Source of the DNA: an uncultured Verrucomicrobiota bacterium
GTDB taxonomy: Bacteria; Verrucomicrobiota; Kiritimatiellia; RFP12; UBA3636
NCBI GenBank assembly: GCA_937911295.1
Contig: CALDQE010000073.1
Location: 22,352 to 86,351 of the forward strand
DNA length: 64,000 bases
Reading direction: 5' to 3'
Shown one piece after another: positions 1 through 9,427 of the stretch; position 1 is the first letter of the stretch; each line of letters starts with the position of its first letter. The notes below the pieces were generated by a model, which was not told the origin of the DNA, made no database searches, and was given only the letters and a program-made list of their open reading frames with translations. The position numbers and the translations under genes are program-made.

Positions 1-64
1 CCATCTGGCACCCTATTTTGCGAATCCATTAGTGTGCCATCCATATCTGTTACTATTAGTTTAA

Positions 65-1534
65 TCATGCCTTAAAAAACTCCTGCTTTTGCAGCTTTTC
101 GTAACCAAACCATATTGGTGTATCCATATTAATAGAAGGATTTCCCTCACGTGGATCAAGGTTTATCTTTATTGTAAATATACTTGGTGAACGAGGTATT
201 GCTAATACTATAACAGCGGTAGACTGATTTTCCCAGTGGCAACGTCCCACAGTTCGTAGGGCATATCCCTTTGTAACTAAATTGATACTTCCCTCACGTT
301 TTTCCTTAAAGCCAGCCTCATAAACCTCCTCACCTCCATGGTTAAAGTAATATCTTAACGTTAAACCATTGGCATCCTGAATTAACTGTATGCTTCTTAA
401 ATCAATTTCATTGGCTTTCACATCAAATTCTACCATAGAAAAAGACGGATTTGGCTCTCCTTCTGGACCAAAATTAAATTTAAGCGAATGAGCAGCCTGA
501 TTTAATGCTAAATAAGCCGCAGTGTCCTCTGGCAAAGGATTTTCTTTAAATGCAGGAAGCAAAAACGAAAATGCTGCATCAAGCTCACGCTGCATCATCG
601 GCAGTCCTGCTGTCATTACAACAGCTGCATCATGCTCTGGGATAATTAAAGCAAGCTGCCCAGCATAACCATCTCCTCTAAAGCAATTATTTCGGCAACG
701 CCAAAACTGGAAGCCATACCCTTGAACCCAATCACTGACGTCATTTACCTCGCCATTTGAGATTTGCCATTGGGTTGCTTCCTCAACATAATCCGATGGA
801 ATAATTTGCTCTCCATTTATAATTCCTCTATTAAGCCACAAATTTGCAAAAGCAGCCAGCTCACGAATTGATAAATGGAAGCCCCAGCCACCAACATCAA
901 TACCCTCCGGATTTTGTTCCCAATATAAAGCTTCATCAAAACCCAATTTATCAAATAGGCGACCACGCAAATACTCTGAAACCCGCATTCCCGTTACACG
1001 TTGGATTACCGCACTAAGCATAAACGTGGCTCCTGAATTATACACAAAGCGTTCGCCTGGTTCAAATGGGAGCTCATCCTCCAAAAAATTCTTAACCCAT
1101 GCGCGCATATTTTCTGGTAGAGATTGTCCTTCTGAGCGCCAAGAATGCTTTGAGCTGTAGCGGCCAATTGCGCAGGAAGAATGACCAGACGACATAGAAA
1201 GCAAATGGCGGAGCTTTAGTTTCCGCATCCGCTCTGTTACTTTTTCAGACATATATTCTGGGAAAAAATCAACAAGCAATGAATCTGGAGAAAGCAATCC
1301 TTCGCCATATGCAATACCGATGGCGGAGGAGACAAAGCTTTTACTTAGAGAAAAAAGCTGATGTTTATCGGAAGCTGAGCAGCCCTCACGATAACCTTCT
1401 GTTATGATTTTTCCGTGTCTAATCACAGCAAAGCCATGAACGTAGTCTAATTCAGCTAACTTATTAACAAATTTTGTTACATCAATGGAAGAAATTCCCT
1501 GAGCTTCTGGGGTAGATGTAGGTAACGAATACAT
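65..1534 (-). CDS. Serine hydrolase of the beta-lactamase/PBP4-type family. The start is probably the ATG at 1532-1534 (MYSLPT...), preceded by an AAGGAA RBS, not the ORF-track start at 1609.
   Basis: Seen: S-x-x-K motif (FSLSKSF) near the N-terminus and a Y-N-S motif (VYNSGATF), typical of class C beta-lactamase/esterase-fold serine hydrolases. The extra ~180-aa C-terminal region is unassigned. Confidence 0.65.
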   Translation of the reverse strand: MYSLPTSTPEAQGISSIDVTKFVNKLAELDYVHGFAVIRHGKIITEGYREGCSASDKHQLFSLSKSFVSSAIGIAYGEGLLSPDSLLVDFFPEYMSEKVTERMRKLKLRHLLSMSSGHSSCAIGRYSSKHSWRSEGQSLPENMRAWVKNFLEDELPFEPGERFVYNSGATFMLSAVIQRVTGMRVSEYLRGRLFDKLGFDEALYWEQNPEGIDVGGWGFHLSIRELAAFANLWLNRGIINGEQIIPSDYVEEATQWQISNGEVNDVSDWVQGYGFQFWRCRNNCFRGDGYAGQLALIIPEHDAAVVMTAGLPMMQRELDAAFSFLLPAFKENPLPEDTAAYLALNQAAHSLKFNFGPEGEPNPSFSMVEFDVKANEIDLRSIQLIQDANGLTLRYYFNHGGEEVYEAGFKEKREGSINLVTKGYALRTVGRCHWENQSTAVIVLAIPRSPSIFTIKINLDPREGNPSINMDTPIWFGYEKLQKQEFFKA

Positions 1535-1826
1535 AAAATTTATTCCTTTATTTATTTGGTGCAAATTATACACGGATAGGGTGAATTGTTCAATCAAAAA
1601 CCCATACACGGATAGATACTATCCCACTCTACCACTAATTCTACGACGGGAACACGGATATTGGGATAACATGTGAGTACTTAATGCATCCGTGTGTGGG
1701 TAAATATGTCACAAATTTACGCGACATTATGTCTCACAAATTATTGTTTTTATTTTTCTTTTGGGTTGGCACGCTCTTTGCTCAATAAAGAGCATAACAA
1801 TTTTAAACAAAAGAAAGGAACTAATT
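1535..1826. promoter_or_regulatory. Divergent intergenic region with repeated ACACGGATA motifs, a GGATAGATACTATCC palindrome and an ATGTCACAAA/ATGTCTCACAAA direct repeat. It lies between the serine-hydrolase gene and the sHSP pair.
   Basis: Seen: ATACACGGATAG at 1568-1579 and 1604-1615, ACACGGATA at 1652-1660, inverted copy CATCCGTGT at 1687-1695. Function is inferred only. Confidence 0.3.
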
Positions 1827-2192
1827 ATGACAAACTTAATTGAAAATTGTATTCTACCTTTTCCTACATTCCCAGAAATATTTTATTCTATGTTGGAGAA
1901 AAGGTTTGACTCTAATAAATTTAGAGCAAATGTATATAGCGGTGAGAATGGTACAATAATTGATGTTGAGGTTCCTGGTATTGAGAAAGACAATATTGAG
2001 GTAAACATTGATAATAACACCATCACCATTTCTTTAAAGAACAAAGAAGAAAAACCTTATGAAAGAAAATTTAACCTCAATTATAAGGTTGATGTTGATA
2101 ATGTCACATCTATTCTAAAGAATGGTATTCTTCGCATAAATGCACCAAAGGGAACCAATTCTAAGAAAACAATAGATATTCAGATTGGATAA
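1827..2192 (+). CDS. Small heat-shock protein, Hsp20/alpha-crystallin family.
   Basis: Seen: alpha-crystallin-like C-terminal block (ILKNGILRINAPKG). An AAAGGAA RBS lies 7 nt before the ATG at 1827. The longer ORF from 1761 lacks an RBS. Confidence 0.7.
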   Translation: MTNLIENCILPFPTFPEIFYSMLEKRFDSNKFRANVYSGENGTIIDVEVPGIEKDNIEVNIDNNTITISLKNKEEKPYERKFNLNYKVDVDNVTSILKNGILRINAPKGTNSKKTIDIQIG

Positions 2193-2219
2193 AACTATAC
2201 TACATTAAGGAGATTTATT

Positions 2220-2573
2220 ATGATATACAATGACGTACGTTTTGATGAACCAAAACATCTTTATAATACACCAATAAAAAGAGAAACAGAAAATGGCTAT
2301 GAATTTGAGTTTTCATTTCCAGGATGTGCAAAAGAAAATATTGAGCTTTCAATAAAGGAAAATCTGATTTTCGTTAATGCAAAAGTCAATTATGCAGCAC
2401 CTGAAGGGTATTCTCCTATTGTAACAGAATTCAATTTTAAGGAGAAATATATCCCTATTGAAATTCCAGCTAAAGCAGATGATGAAAAAATTTCTGCAAA
2501 ATACAACAATGGTATATTGACAATATCAATACCTAAAAAAGAAGTAGAGAAAAAAATCATCACAATTAGTTAG
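2220..2573 (+). CDS. Second Hsp20-family small heat-shock protein, in tandem with the first.
   Basis: Seen: AKYNNGILTISIPKK C-terminal alpha-crystallin-like motif. An AAGGAG RBS (2207-2212) lies 7 nt before the ATG. Confidence 0.6.
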   Translation: MIYNDVRFDEPKHLYNTPIKRETENGYEFEFSFPGCAKENIELSIKENLIFVNAKVNYAAPEGYSPIVTEFNFKEKYIPIEIPAKADDEKISAKYNNGILTISIPKKEVEKKIITIS

Positions 2574-2574
2574 T

Positions 2575-2619
2575 AAAAAAAACAACCTAAATTCGGTGTT
2601 TTACCGCCGGATTTAGGTT
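2575..2619. terminator. Candidate bidirectional rho-independent terminator between the sHSP operon (+) and the YhaM-like gene (-).
   Basis: Seen: A8 run (2575-2582), then a 13-bp stem AACCTAAATTCGG / CCGGATTTAGGTT (one mismatch), then a T-rich tail. Confidence 0.4.
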
Positions 2620-2731
2620 ATATATTAAGCTGCAACGCATAGAGGTTTACTCTTGTCTTGCACTCATCTAGAAGCAAATGCTTCCACTCCGCTCCAGAGT
2701 CCCGTTTTTTTTACAACCAATCCCAACTACC

Positions 2732-3661
2732 CTAGTGTGCTTTATAAAGCTCACGATTTTCTAGCGCCCATACACGTGCACTAAAACCCCCTACAGGAAT
2801 ATCACGCAAAGCCTCAAACATTTCAAACATTCGAGCATCTAGGCGATCAATTGTACTTAACACCTCAGCCTCAGGAATCAAAGGACGCAAAGCACTGCCA
2901 AACTCTGGTTCACCATGGTGCGAAAGAACCATATGCTGCATAAGCATAATCGTATTTTCTGAAATTCCTAGCTTTTGACCTACACGCTCTATATTTATTG
3001 CACCAGACACAATATGCCCAACAAGCCTTCCTTGAACAGTATAGTCGGTTACAAGCCCAAGCTCATTGCGCTCCATTTCTTGCAGCTTCCCTAAATCATG
3101 AACTATTACACCAGCAATCAATAAATCTCTATTAAGCTCTGGATAATTTGCTGCTATCCCTTTCGCCAAATTTAGCATTGATGTTATGTGATGTAAAAGC
3201 CCACCAATTTCTGCATGATGCATTTGTTTTGCGGCAGGGAAAACCTTAAATTTTTCCCCTGCTTCTCCAATTAATTCTGAAACCAAAAGCCGCAGCTCTT
3301 GATCCTTAATTTCCATAACAGCTGACAAAACCTCATTAAGCATTTCATCTATTGGGCGAGGAGCAAATGGAAGAAATTCACTTTTATCTACATCTTCAGG
3401 AGCAAGCACTAATGCCTCTAATCTGAGCTGAAGCTTCCCATTATACTCTGTTACAGACGCATTAACATCCAAAATATCACCTGATGCTGGTAAAGGTGCT
3501 TCGCCCCAATACTTTGCTGATATAATTCCTGTTTTGTTCATCAAAACAAGATCAATATATGTTTTTCCAGTAGTTGTTTTCTTTTCCTCTGCAGACTTAA
3601 CCATTAAGAAGCCCAAAACAACTCCATCTTTTGTAAGCTTAGGAATTTGGATGTGATTCAT
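2732..3661 (-). CDS. yhaM: YhaM-like 3'-5' exoribonuclease (N-terminal OB-fold plus HD phosphohydrolase domain).
   Basis: Seen: HD-domain signature (GVIVHDLGK, H...HH cluster) after an N-terminal OB-like segment. The ~310-aa length matches the YhaM/COG3481 family. Confidence 0.65.
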   Translation of the reverse strand: MNHIQIPKLTKDGVVLGFLMVKSAEEKKTTTGKTYIDLVLMNKTGIISAKYWGEAPLPASGDILDVNASVTEYNGKLQLRLEALVLAPEDVDKSEFLPFAPRPIDEMLNEVLSAVMEIKDQELRLLVSELIGEAGEKFKVFPAAKQMHHAEIGGLLHHITSMLNLAKGIAANYPELNRDLLIAGVIVHDLGKLQEMERNELGLVTDYTVQGRLVGHIVSGAINIERVGQKLGISENTIMLMQHMVLSHHGEPEFGSALRPLIPEAEVLSTIDRLDARMFEMFEALRDIPVGGFSARVWALENRELYKAH

Positions 3662-3778
3662 AAATTACTCCATTTAAATTTGTTTCTCAATTCTATGTGT
3701 CATAAAACTCATTACGATATTCATTTGTATAAATTATACTACCTTTAAAAATTATACGCAAGCAAATGAAATAATTTA

Positions 3779-5014
3779 TTACAATTTTTCATTTGAGGCA
3801 TCAATCAAACCAGAAATTATATTAAGCATTATTTCAACAGATAATTCCATTTCATTAAGTGATGCAAATTCATAAACGCCATGAGGATTATAGCCTCCTG
3901 TTCCTAGATTTGGACAAGGCAATCCTTTATAAGAGAGATTGGAACCATCAGTTCCGCCGCGTATTGGCCAAGAGATTGGAATATATCCAACATCATAAAT
4001 TGCTTTTTCTGCAAGCTTAATAAGAATAGGATGCTGATCAATAATTTCCTTCATATTTGAATATTGATCTATCATTTCAACAGCAACAGTCCCTGCCCCA
4101 TATTTTTCATTTAATTCTTCAGCAATGCTATAAATTTGGAGTTTACGCTCTTGAAGCATTTCCTTATCAAAATCACGCAACAAATAAATCATATTAGCTT
4201 CAGCCACTTCGCCCTTCATAGAAGCGAGGTGATAAAAGCCTTCCATGCCTTCTGTCTTAGCTGGCACCTCATCCTCTGGCAGCATAGAAACAAATTCACA
4301 AGCAATACATGACGCATTTTTCATTATGCCTTTAGCAAGCCCAGTATGTATAGATTTACCAGTAATTTTTATGCGAGCCATAGCCGCATTAAAATTTTCA
4401 TATTCTATTTCACCAACAGCCCCACCATCTATCGTGTATGCATACTTAGCACCAAAATTTTCAACATCAAAAAAATCTGCACCAAAGCCAATTTCTTCAT
4501 CCGTAGTAAAAGCTACACATAGCTTCCCATGGGGAATACCATTAGAAATAATTGTATCCATTGCATGTACAATTTCGGCAACGCCAGCCTTATCATCTGC
4601 ACCAAGCAATGTTGTTCCATCGGTAACAATTAACCTATGACCAACAAGTCTACGCAAAGCAGAAAATTCATCTGACGAAAGCACTTTCCCTGAATTACCC
4701 AAAGGAATGTCTCCACCTGCATATTCAATAACACTTGGATTTACATAATTTCCAGAAGCATCTGGTGCTGTGTCAAGATGAGCAATAAATCCCAACGCAG
4801 GTACATGCTCTAATCCAGGAGTTGCAGCCAACTCAGCATATAAATATGCCTGATCTGTAGTCCGCACATTCTCCATGCCGATTTGTCTAAGCTCGTCTGC
4901 AATATAATGTGCAAGCATTCTTTGTCCGGGCGAGGTAGGATGAGCACTTGAATTAAGATTAGCTTGAGTATCTACCTTAACATAACGCAAAAATCGATCG
5001 ATAAGCTTTGTCAT
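3779..5014 (-). CDS. pepT: Peptidase T (tripeptide aminopeptidase, M20 family).
   Basis: Seen: N-terminus LIDRFLRYVKVDTQ... and the HLDTAPD metal-binding block, typical of PepT. Length 411 aa. Confidence 0.8.
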   Translation of the reverse strand: MTKLIDRFLRYVKVDTQANLNSSAHPTSPGQRMLAHYIADELRQIGMENVRTTDQAYLYAELAATPGLEHVPALGFIAHLDTAPDASGNYVNPSVIEYAGGDIPLGNSGKVLSSDEFSALRRLVGHRLIVTDGTTLLGADDKAGVAEIVHAMDTIISNGIPHGKLCVAFTTDEEIGFGADFFDVENFGAKYAYTIDGGAVGEIEYENFNAAMARIKITGKSIHTGLAKGIMKNASCIACEFVSMLPEDEVPAKTEGMEGFYHLASMKGEVAEANMIYLLRDFDKEMLQERKLQIYSIAEELNEKYGAGTVAVEMIDQYSNMKEIIDQHPILIKLAEKAIYDVGYIPISWPIRGGTDGSNLSYKGLPCPNLGTGGYNPHGVYEFASLNEMELSVEIMLNIISGLIDASNEKL

Positions 5015-5022
5015 AATAAACC

Positions 5023-5820
5023 CTATTCCTTATTTTCTGGAGCAGAACCTAATTTTCGAGGACTAGCAAATATCCATTGCTTCAATAATAAAAAAATAAA
5101 ATAAGGATTCCCGATAAGATATCTTTTCCAAAGTCGGCGGGGCTCTGCAAATAATCTATACAACCATTCTAATGAATGCATTTGCATCCAATGTGGTGCT
5201 TGCTTTACATTACCAGAATGAAAATTAAAGGCGGCACCCACTGCAACTAATACTCCTCTCGGGAGTCGCTTTGAAAACTCTGCCACAAAGTAATCTTGCT
5301 TAGGGGTTCCAATTCCAACCCAAATAATATCCGCCTTCGTTGAGATAATTAAATCTGTTACCTCTTTTTTTTCATCATCCGTTAAGGGACGAAACGGCGG
5401 GCAATATCTCCCTGCCTCAACAAAGCCTGGAAATTTTTCTGAAAGCTTATCAACTAGAGTTTGAAGCAATTGTTCATTCTCGCCTCCATAAAAGAAATGC
5501 CTTAACCCACAAGCTCGCCCTTTGTCGATAATACTTAACATAACATCTGGTCCGTAGCATCGCGTCATATTTCTATCTGCATAACGCTTTCCTATTTTAA
5601 CCAAAGGCATACCGTCACAGAGCGTGAGGAAAGAATTATTTGCTATATCAGCTAGCTTACTATCTTTATGACATTTTAATACAGAATCAACGGCAAAAAC
5701 ATTAACATAAACCGAGCTATTGCTGAGCTTTGATTTTTCAATAATTCGCTCTGTCGCATTACTTAAAGTTGTTGCTGTAAGGAATACATCAATAAGAGAA
5801 AATCGAGGAGGTGAATTCAT
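5023..5820 (-). CDS. WecB/TagA/CpsF-family glycosyltransferase (N-acetylmannosaminyltransferase-like).
   Basis: Seen: family-typical length and conserved blocks (VYVNVFAV, GIGTPKQDYF, LEWLYRL). The ORF-track start at 5871 is a GTG, so the ATG at 5818-5820 (MNSPPRF) is the likelier start. Confidence 0.65.
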   Translation of the reverse strand: MNSPPRFSLIDVFLTATTLSNATERIIEKSKLSNSSVYVNVFAVDSVLKCHKDSKLADIANNSFLTLCDGMPLVKIGKRYADRNMTRCYGPDVMLSIIDKGRACGLRHFFYGGENEQLLQTLVDKLSEKFPGFVEAGRYCPPFRPLTDDEKKEVTDLIISTKADIIWVGIGTPKQDYFVAEFSKRLPRGVLVAVGAAFNFHSGNVKQAPHWMQMHSLEWLYRLFAEPRRLWKRYLIGNPYFIFLLLKQWIFASPRKLGSAPENKE

Positions 5821-6104
5821 AATTTTACATTCTAACTTTGTTTTTCCATTTATTATATAGCATAAAGCCACAAAATAGCAATATTTATCATAAAATTGAA
5901 CATTTCGTAGCTACTTAATAAATGGCAATTATCACTCAATCATCTATTGTCACATATTCTATAGAAGAGACTGCAGAGACTTATGTGACAACTAAAATTG
6001 GGCATCTTTCTAATGTGAGGGTGATGAACAGCTTAAATAAGCCAGCAACCTCGCTTCTCAAAATTTGTCTAACAATTTAAATTGCATTCAAAATCCATTT
6101 AGTA

Positions 6105-7157
6105 CTATTCAAAATCTGATAAAGACCATTCATCAAACCATTTTATTTTTGGCTTATCTCCATCAAATAAAATTGGCAACCAAACATAATCTGCTTCGGA
6201 TGTATTCCCTTCTTTAGGAAAATTATTCTCCTTGTAAAACTCTTTTGCTTCCTCCCAGCGTCCCTCAAGAAACATCATTTCATAATACCTTTTTATTTCT
6301 TTATAATTCATGTATGTCCCATTTGGAACCCATCTATCAGCAATAGCAATATAAAGGTCCTTCTTCCCCTGCACTTTTAATACAGATGATATTTGACTAT
6401 GAAATGAGGTACTACTATTATCCCCATCATGTGCATTTCCTAAAACTGTAAATGGGCCATGATAAGTATCCGCAACAGCAAATTCAGAAGGATTAGGCAG
6501 GTAACCAGTTGTCCCACTGGTAACTAAATATTTTTTAAAATTTCTCTCAAAAAATGCTGGAGCCTCGCGTACATATGGAGGACACATTCTTGGAAAGTGC
6601 GTTGAATAATATCCCGTTGCACCAGTATAGTCATCTGTTAAATCTGCACATATCAACTCACTATGAACACGCTCAAAATACCAATATGCTTTTTTATCTG
6701 GTGCTACTACCAAATCAAAATCTCCGTCGCTCATACCTAGAGGACGATAATGCTCTTTTATTTTCGTATATGGACCCAAAATATTATCAGCCAGAAGAAT
6801 GGTCATGCTTTGAATTCCATTTTTCTCCATTATCTTTAACCAGCAGACATATTTCTTTGTCTGTTCATTATAAATAATATGCGGACGATCCATGCAAACA
6901 GACGGATGCAATGTAGAATTTTCATCATTTGGCTCTGGCTCAATTATAAGACCTTTATCCTCCCAATTATATAAATCTGTTGAGGCATAGCATCTTACTC
7001 CCCAATGCCAAATTTTTTTTATCCCATCAGTAAATTCTTTATTTTCGCCATACCAATAGTATGTACCATCAATAAACATTATTGAACCACCATGTGCCTG
7101 AATGCGTTTTCCATCTGTATCAAGCCATACCTTACCAGGATAAAATTTTTCGTACAT
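6105..7157 (-). CDS. Glycoside hydrolase family 43-like beta-propeller protein.
   Basis: Seen: N-terminal AHGGSIMFIDGTYYWYGE block as in GH43 subfamilies. A truncated paralogous C-terminal fragment occurs at 14358-14460. Confidence 0.5.
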   Translation of the reverse strand: MYEKFYPGKVWLDTDGKRIQAHGGSIMFIDGTYYWYGENKEFTDGIKKIWHWGVRCYASTDLYNWEDKGLIIEPEPNDENSTLHPSVCMDRPHIIYNEQTKKYVCWLKIMEKNGIQSMTILLADNILGPYTKIKEHYRPLGMSDGDFDLVVAPDKKAYWYFERVHSELICADLTDDYTGATGYYSTHFPRMCPPYVREAPAFFERNFKKYLVTSGTTGYLPNPSEFAVADTYHGPFTVLGNAHDGDNSSTSFHSQISSVLKVQGKKDLYIAIADRWVPNGTYMNYKEIKRYYEMMFLEGRWEEAKEFYKENNFPKEGNTSEADYVWLPILFDGDKPKIKWFDEWSLSDFE

Positions 7158-7208
7158 ATCAATGCTATTTATTTAATTTCAGAATTGATTTTAGATTGAC
7201 TAAGACAA

Positions 7209-8252
7209 TTATTGTTTTGGTGCTGCTTGTCTACGCAACTGACCGCAAGCCCCATTCACACCTTTACCCTTTGAGCGGCGGAGTGTTGTCTGAATTCCAT
7301 GAGCAAGTAAGTAACTTCCAAACTGCTCACAGCTTTGCTCACTAGGTGTTTTACCAGGATATTCTGGCACTGGGCTAAGTGGAATTAAATTCACCTTACA
7401 CTTCAATCCTCTCAGACATGCAATAAGTTCATCTGCATGCTTTCGTGTATTGTTAACACCATCCACTAGGGTATATTCAAAGGTAATTATACGGTTTGTT
7501 TTTTCTTCATATTCACGGCATGTTGCCATCAATTCTTCGAGCTTCCAGCGGCGATTTATTGGCATAATTTTATCTCTCAATAAATTACTTGGAGCGTGTA
7601 ATGAGACAGAAAGCTCAAATTGATATCCCTCATCAGCAAACTTCTTTATGCCAGGCACAATTCCACAGGTGCTTATAGTTATTTTTCTAGCACCAATACC
7701 TAGTCCTACAGGTGGTCCACCATTTAATAATTTTGCTGCTCCTACAGCATTTTCATAATTATTGAAAGGCTCACCTACTCCCATAAAAACAATATTGTCT
7801 GGTTTTTCGCCTAATTCTAGTGCTGCAAGAATAACTTGACCAAAAATTTCTCCGAGCTCAAGATTACGAGTTAAACCATTCATTCCGCTAGCACAAAATA
7901 CGCAGCCACATGCACAACCTGCCTGACTAGAAATGCAGATTGTATTTCTATTCTTCGCTGGAATAATAACTGTTTCTATTAGCTCTCCATCATGAAGTCT
8001 TGAGAGTAATTTGCGGGTTCCAGTAGGCGAATCCTTTGCCACCTCAACAACCTCAAGAGTTTCCTTTAATGACCGATAATTTTTTCTCAGCAATTCTCGA
8101 TAGGATACAGGAATATTATTCATATCATCCCAATCATATGCAAAGCGTTTAAAAAGCCATTCATTTAATTGAGTAAGCCTGAATTTTTTTTCACCAGAGC
8201 TTAGAGTTAATTCCAATAGCTCTTCTTGTGTAGCTGAATAAATTGATTTCAT
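7209..8252 (-). CDS. rlmN: 23S rRNA (adenine2503-C2)/tRNA methyltransferase RlmN (radical SAM).
   Basis: Seen: CACGCVFC radical-SAM cluster within the ISSQAGCACGCVFCASG block, and a C-terminal conserved Cys. Confidence 0.85.
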   Translation of the reverse strand: MKSIYSATQEELLELTLSSGEKKFRLTQLNEWLFKRFAYDWDDMNNIPVSYRELLRKNYRSLKETLEVVEVAKDSPTGTRKLLSRLHDGELIETVIIPAKNRNTICISSQAGCACGCVFCASGMNGLTRNLELGEIFGQVILAALELGEKPDNIVFMGVGEPFNNYENAVGAAKLLNGGPPVGLGIGARKITISTCGIVPGIKKFADEGYQFELSVSLHAPSNLLRDKIMPINRRWKLEELMATCREYEEKTNRIITFEYTLVDGVNNTRKHADELIACLRGLKCKVNLIPLSPVPEYPGKTPSEQSCEQFGSYLLAHGIQTTLRRSKGKGVNGACGQLRRQAAPKQ

Positions 8253-8294
8253 GTTTTATTTCTATATCTAAGAATAATAGTAAATTCTTTTTGC

Positions 8295-9419
8295 TTATTG
8301 AAAATTCAACTTAATAAGATTTTGATCAATAGCATACCCAATAGCATTAACCTCATCAGAGCCTTGAATAAATGTGTTCAACTCTGGAAAATTATAGCCA
8401 ATAAAAGAACTGCAAAAACTTTTATATATTTCATCTGCCAGCTCAACATTATTTAATCGGTACAGTATATTACAAGCTGTCCATGTAAACCCAACAAACA
8501 TATTTTTTATTCCGGGAGAATCAAAGCTTGTCAGGCATTCACGAATAAAATTATGTGTAGCTACGATTAAATTATGATTTGGTGCTGCTTGATATTTCCA
8601 GTCATCTGCTAATGGGTCACCGATTATCCTACCCTGATCCAAAGAAAGCTTTACTGCTGACGAATAAACCATTCGAATGCTACGGAGCTTTGTATTTTTG
8701 TTATTCGATTTATGAGCAATCCAACCCCAATATAGAGCATGAGCATGAGGGCAACGCCAATCAATTTTTCCAAATTGATTTTCTATCTCAGCCATTATAC
8801 TTGGAGATAATTTAAAGCCTTGCTCAAGCTCTACTGCTACTAATGAGTCAGCTTCTGGTATTGATCCATTTTCTCCCAGATACGAGGAAATATCTTTAAC
8901 CCATTCTGTTCTATAAAATTCGCCATATTTATCGGCACCATCAGTACCAATCTTATGCTGAAAAATCCATGCTAGTTCAAGTGCAAGAATAGGATCGCCA
9001 GGATTTATTTCAAGCCCTTTATCTCTAAGAAGCTCAATGCCCTGCTTTACCCAATTCCATTTATCTTCCTTACTGTCTGCTAACAAACTAATATTGTAAG
9101 AGAGATTCCAAGCATGAAATGTCCACACTTCGGCAATATGCGGTTCAAGCTTTGTAACAAGCTCTGAGAGCTCCATCAATTCAAGTAATTTATGATCTGT
9201 TTGTAATGCTGTAATACGAAGCCAAAGAATATCAGCAATCAAGCCCTTAAATCCACCAAGAATTGCAGATGAATAAGCAATTTCGCTTGAAGCGGCTCCT
9301 TGTACAAAAAGCTGCTTTCTAGAGGAAAGTAATCTTGTGCTACTAAAACCAATAAAAACCAATAGCACAAGAAAAATACTAATAGTGGAAAGAACTTTTA
9401 AAATATTGATACGTGTCAT
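8295..9419 (-). CDS. Hypothetical membrane-anchored protein (N-terminal TM helix), family not recognised.
   Basis: Seen: hydrophobic N-terminus. No recognisable catalytic motif. Confidence 0.35.
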   Translation of the reverse strand: MTRINILKVLSTISIFLVLLVFIGFSSTRLLSSRKQLFVQGAASSEIAYSSAILGGFKGLIADILWLRITALQTDHKLLELMELSELVTKLEPHIAEVWTFHAWNLSYNISLLADSKEDKWNWVKQGIELLRDKGLEINPGDPILALELAWIFQHKIGTDGADKYGEFYRTEWVKDISSYLGENGSIPEADSLVAVELEQGFKLSPSIMAEIENQFGKIDWRCPHAHALYWGWIAHKSNNKNTKLRSIRMVYSSAVKLSLDQGRIIGDPLADDWKYQAAPNHNLIVATHNFIRECLTSFDSPGIKNMFVGFTWTACNILYRLNNVELADEIYKSFCSSFIGYNFPELNTFIQGSDEVNAIGYAIDQNLIKLNFQ

Positions 9420-9427
9420 TTGGAAAA

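Noticed and set aside
4245-4640. 131-aa plus-strand ORF within pepT
   Set aside because: It is fully embedded antisense in a well-supported pepT reading frame, with no independent signals.
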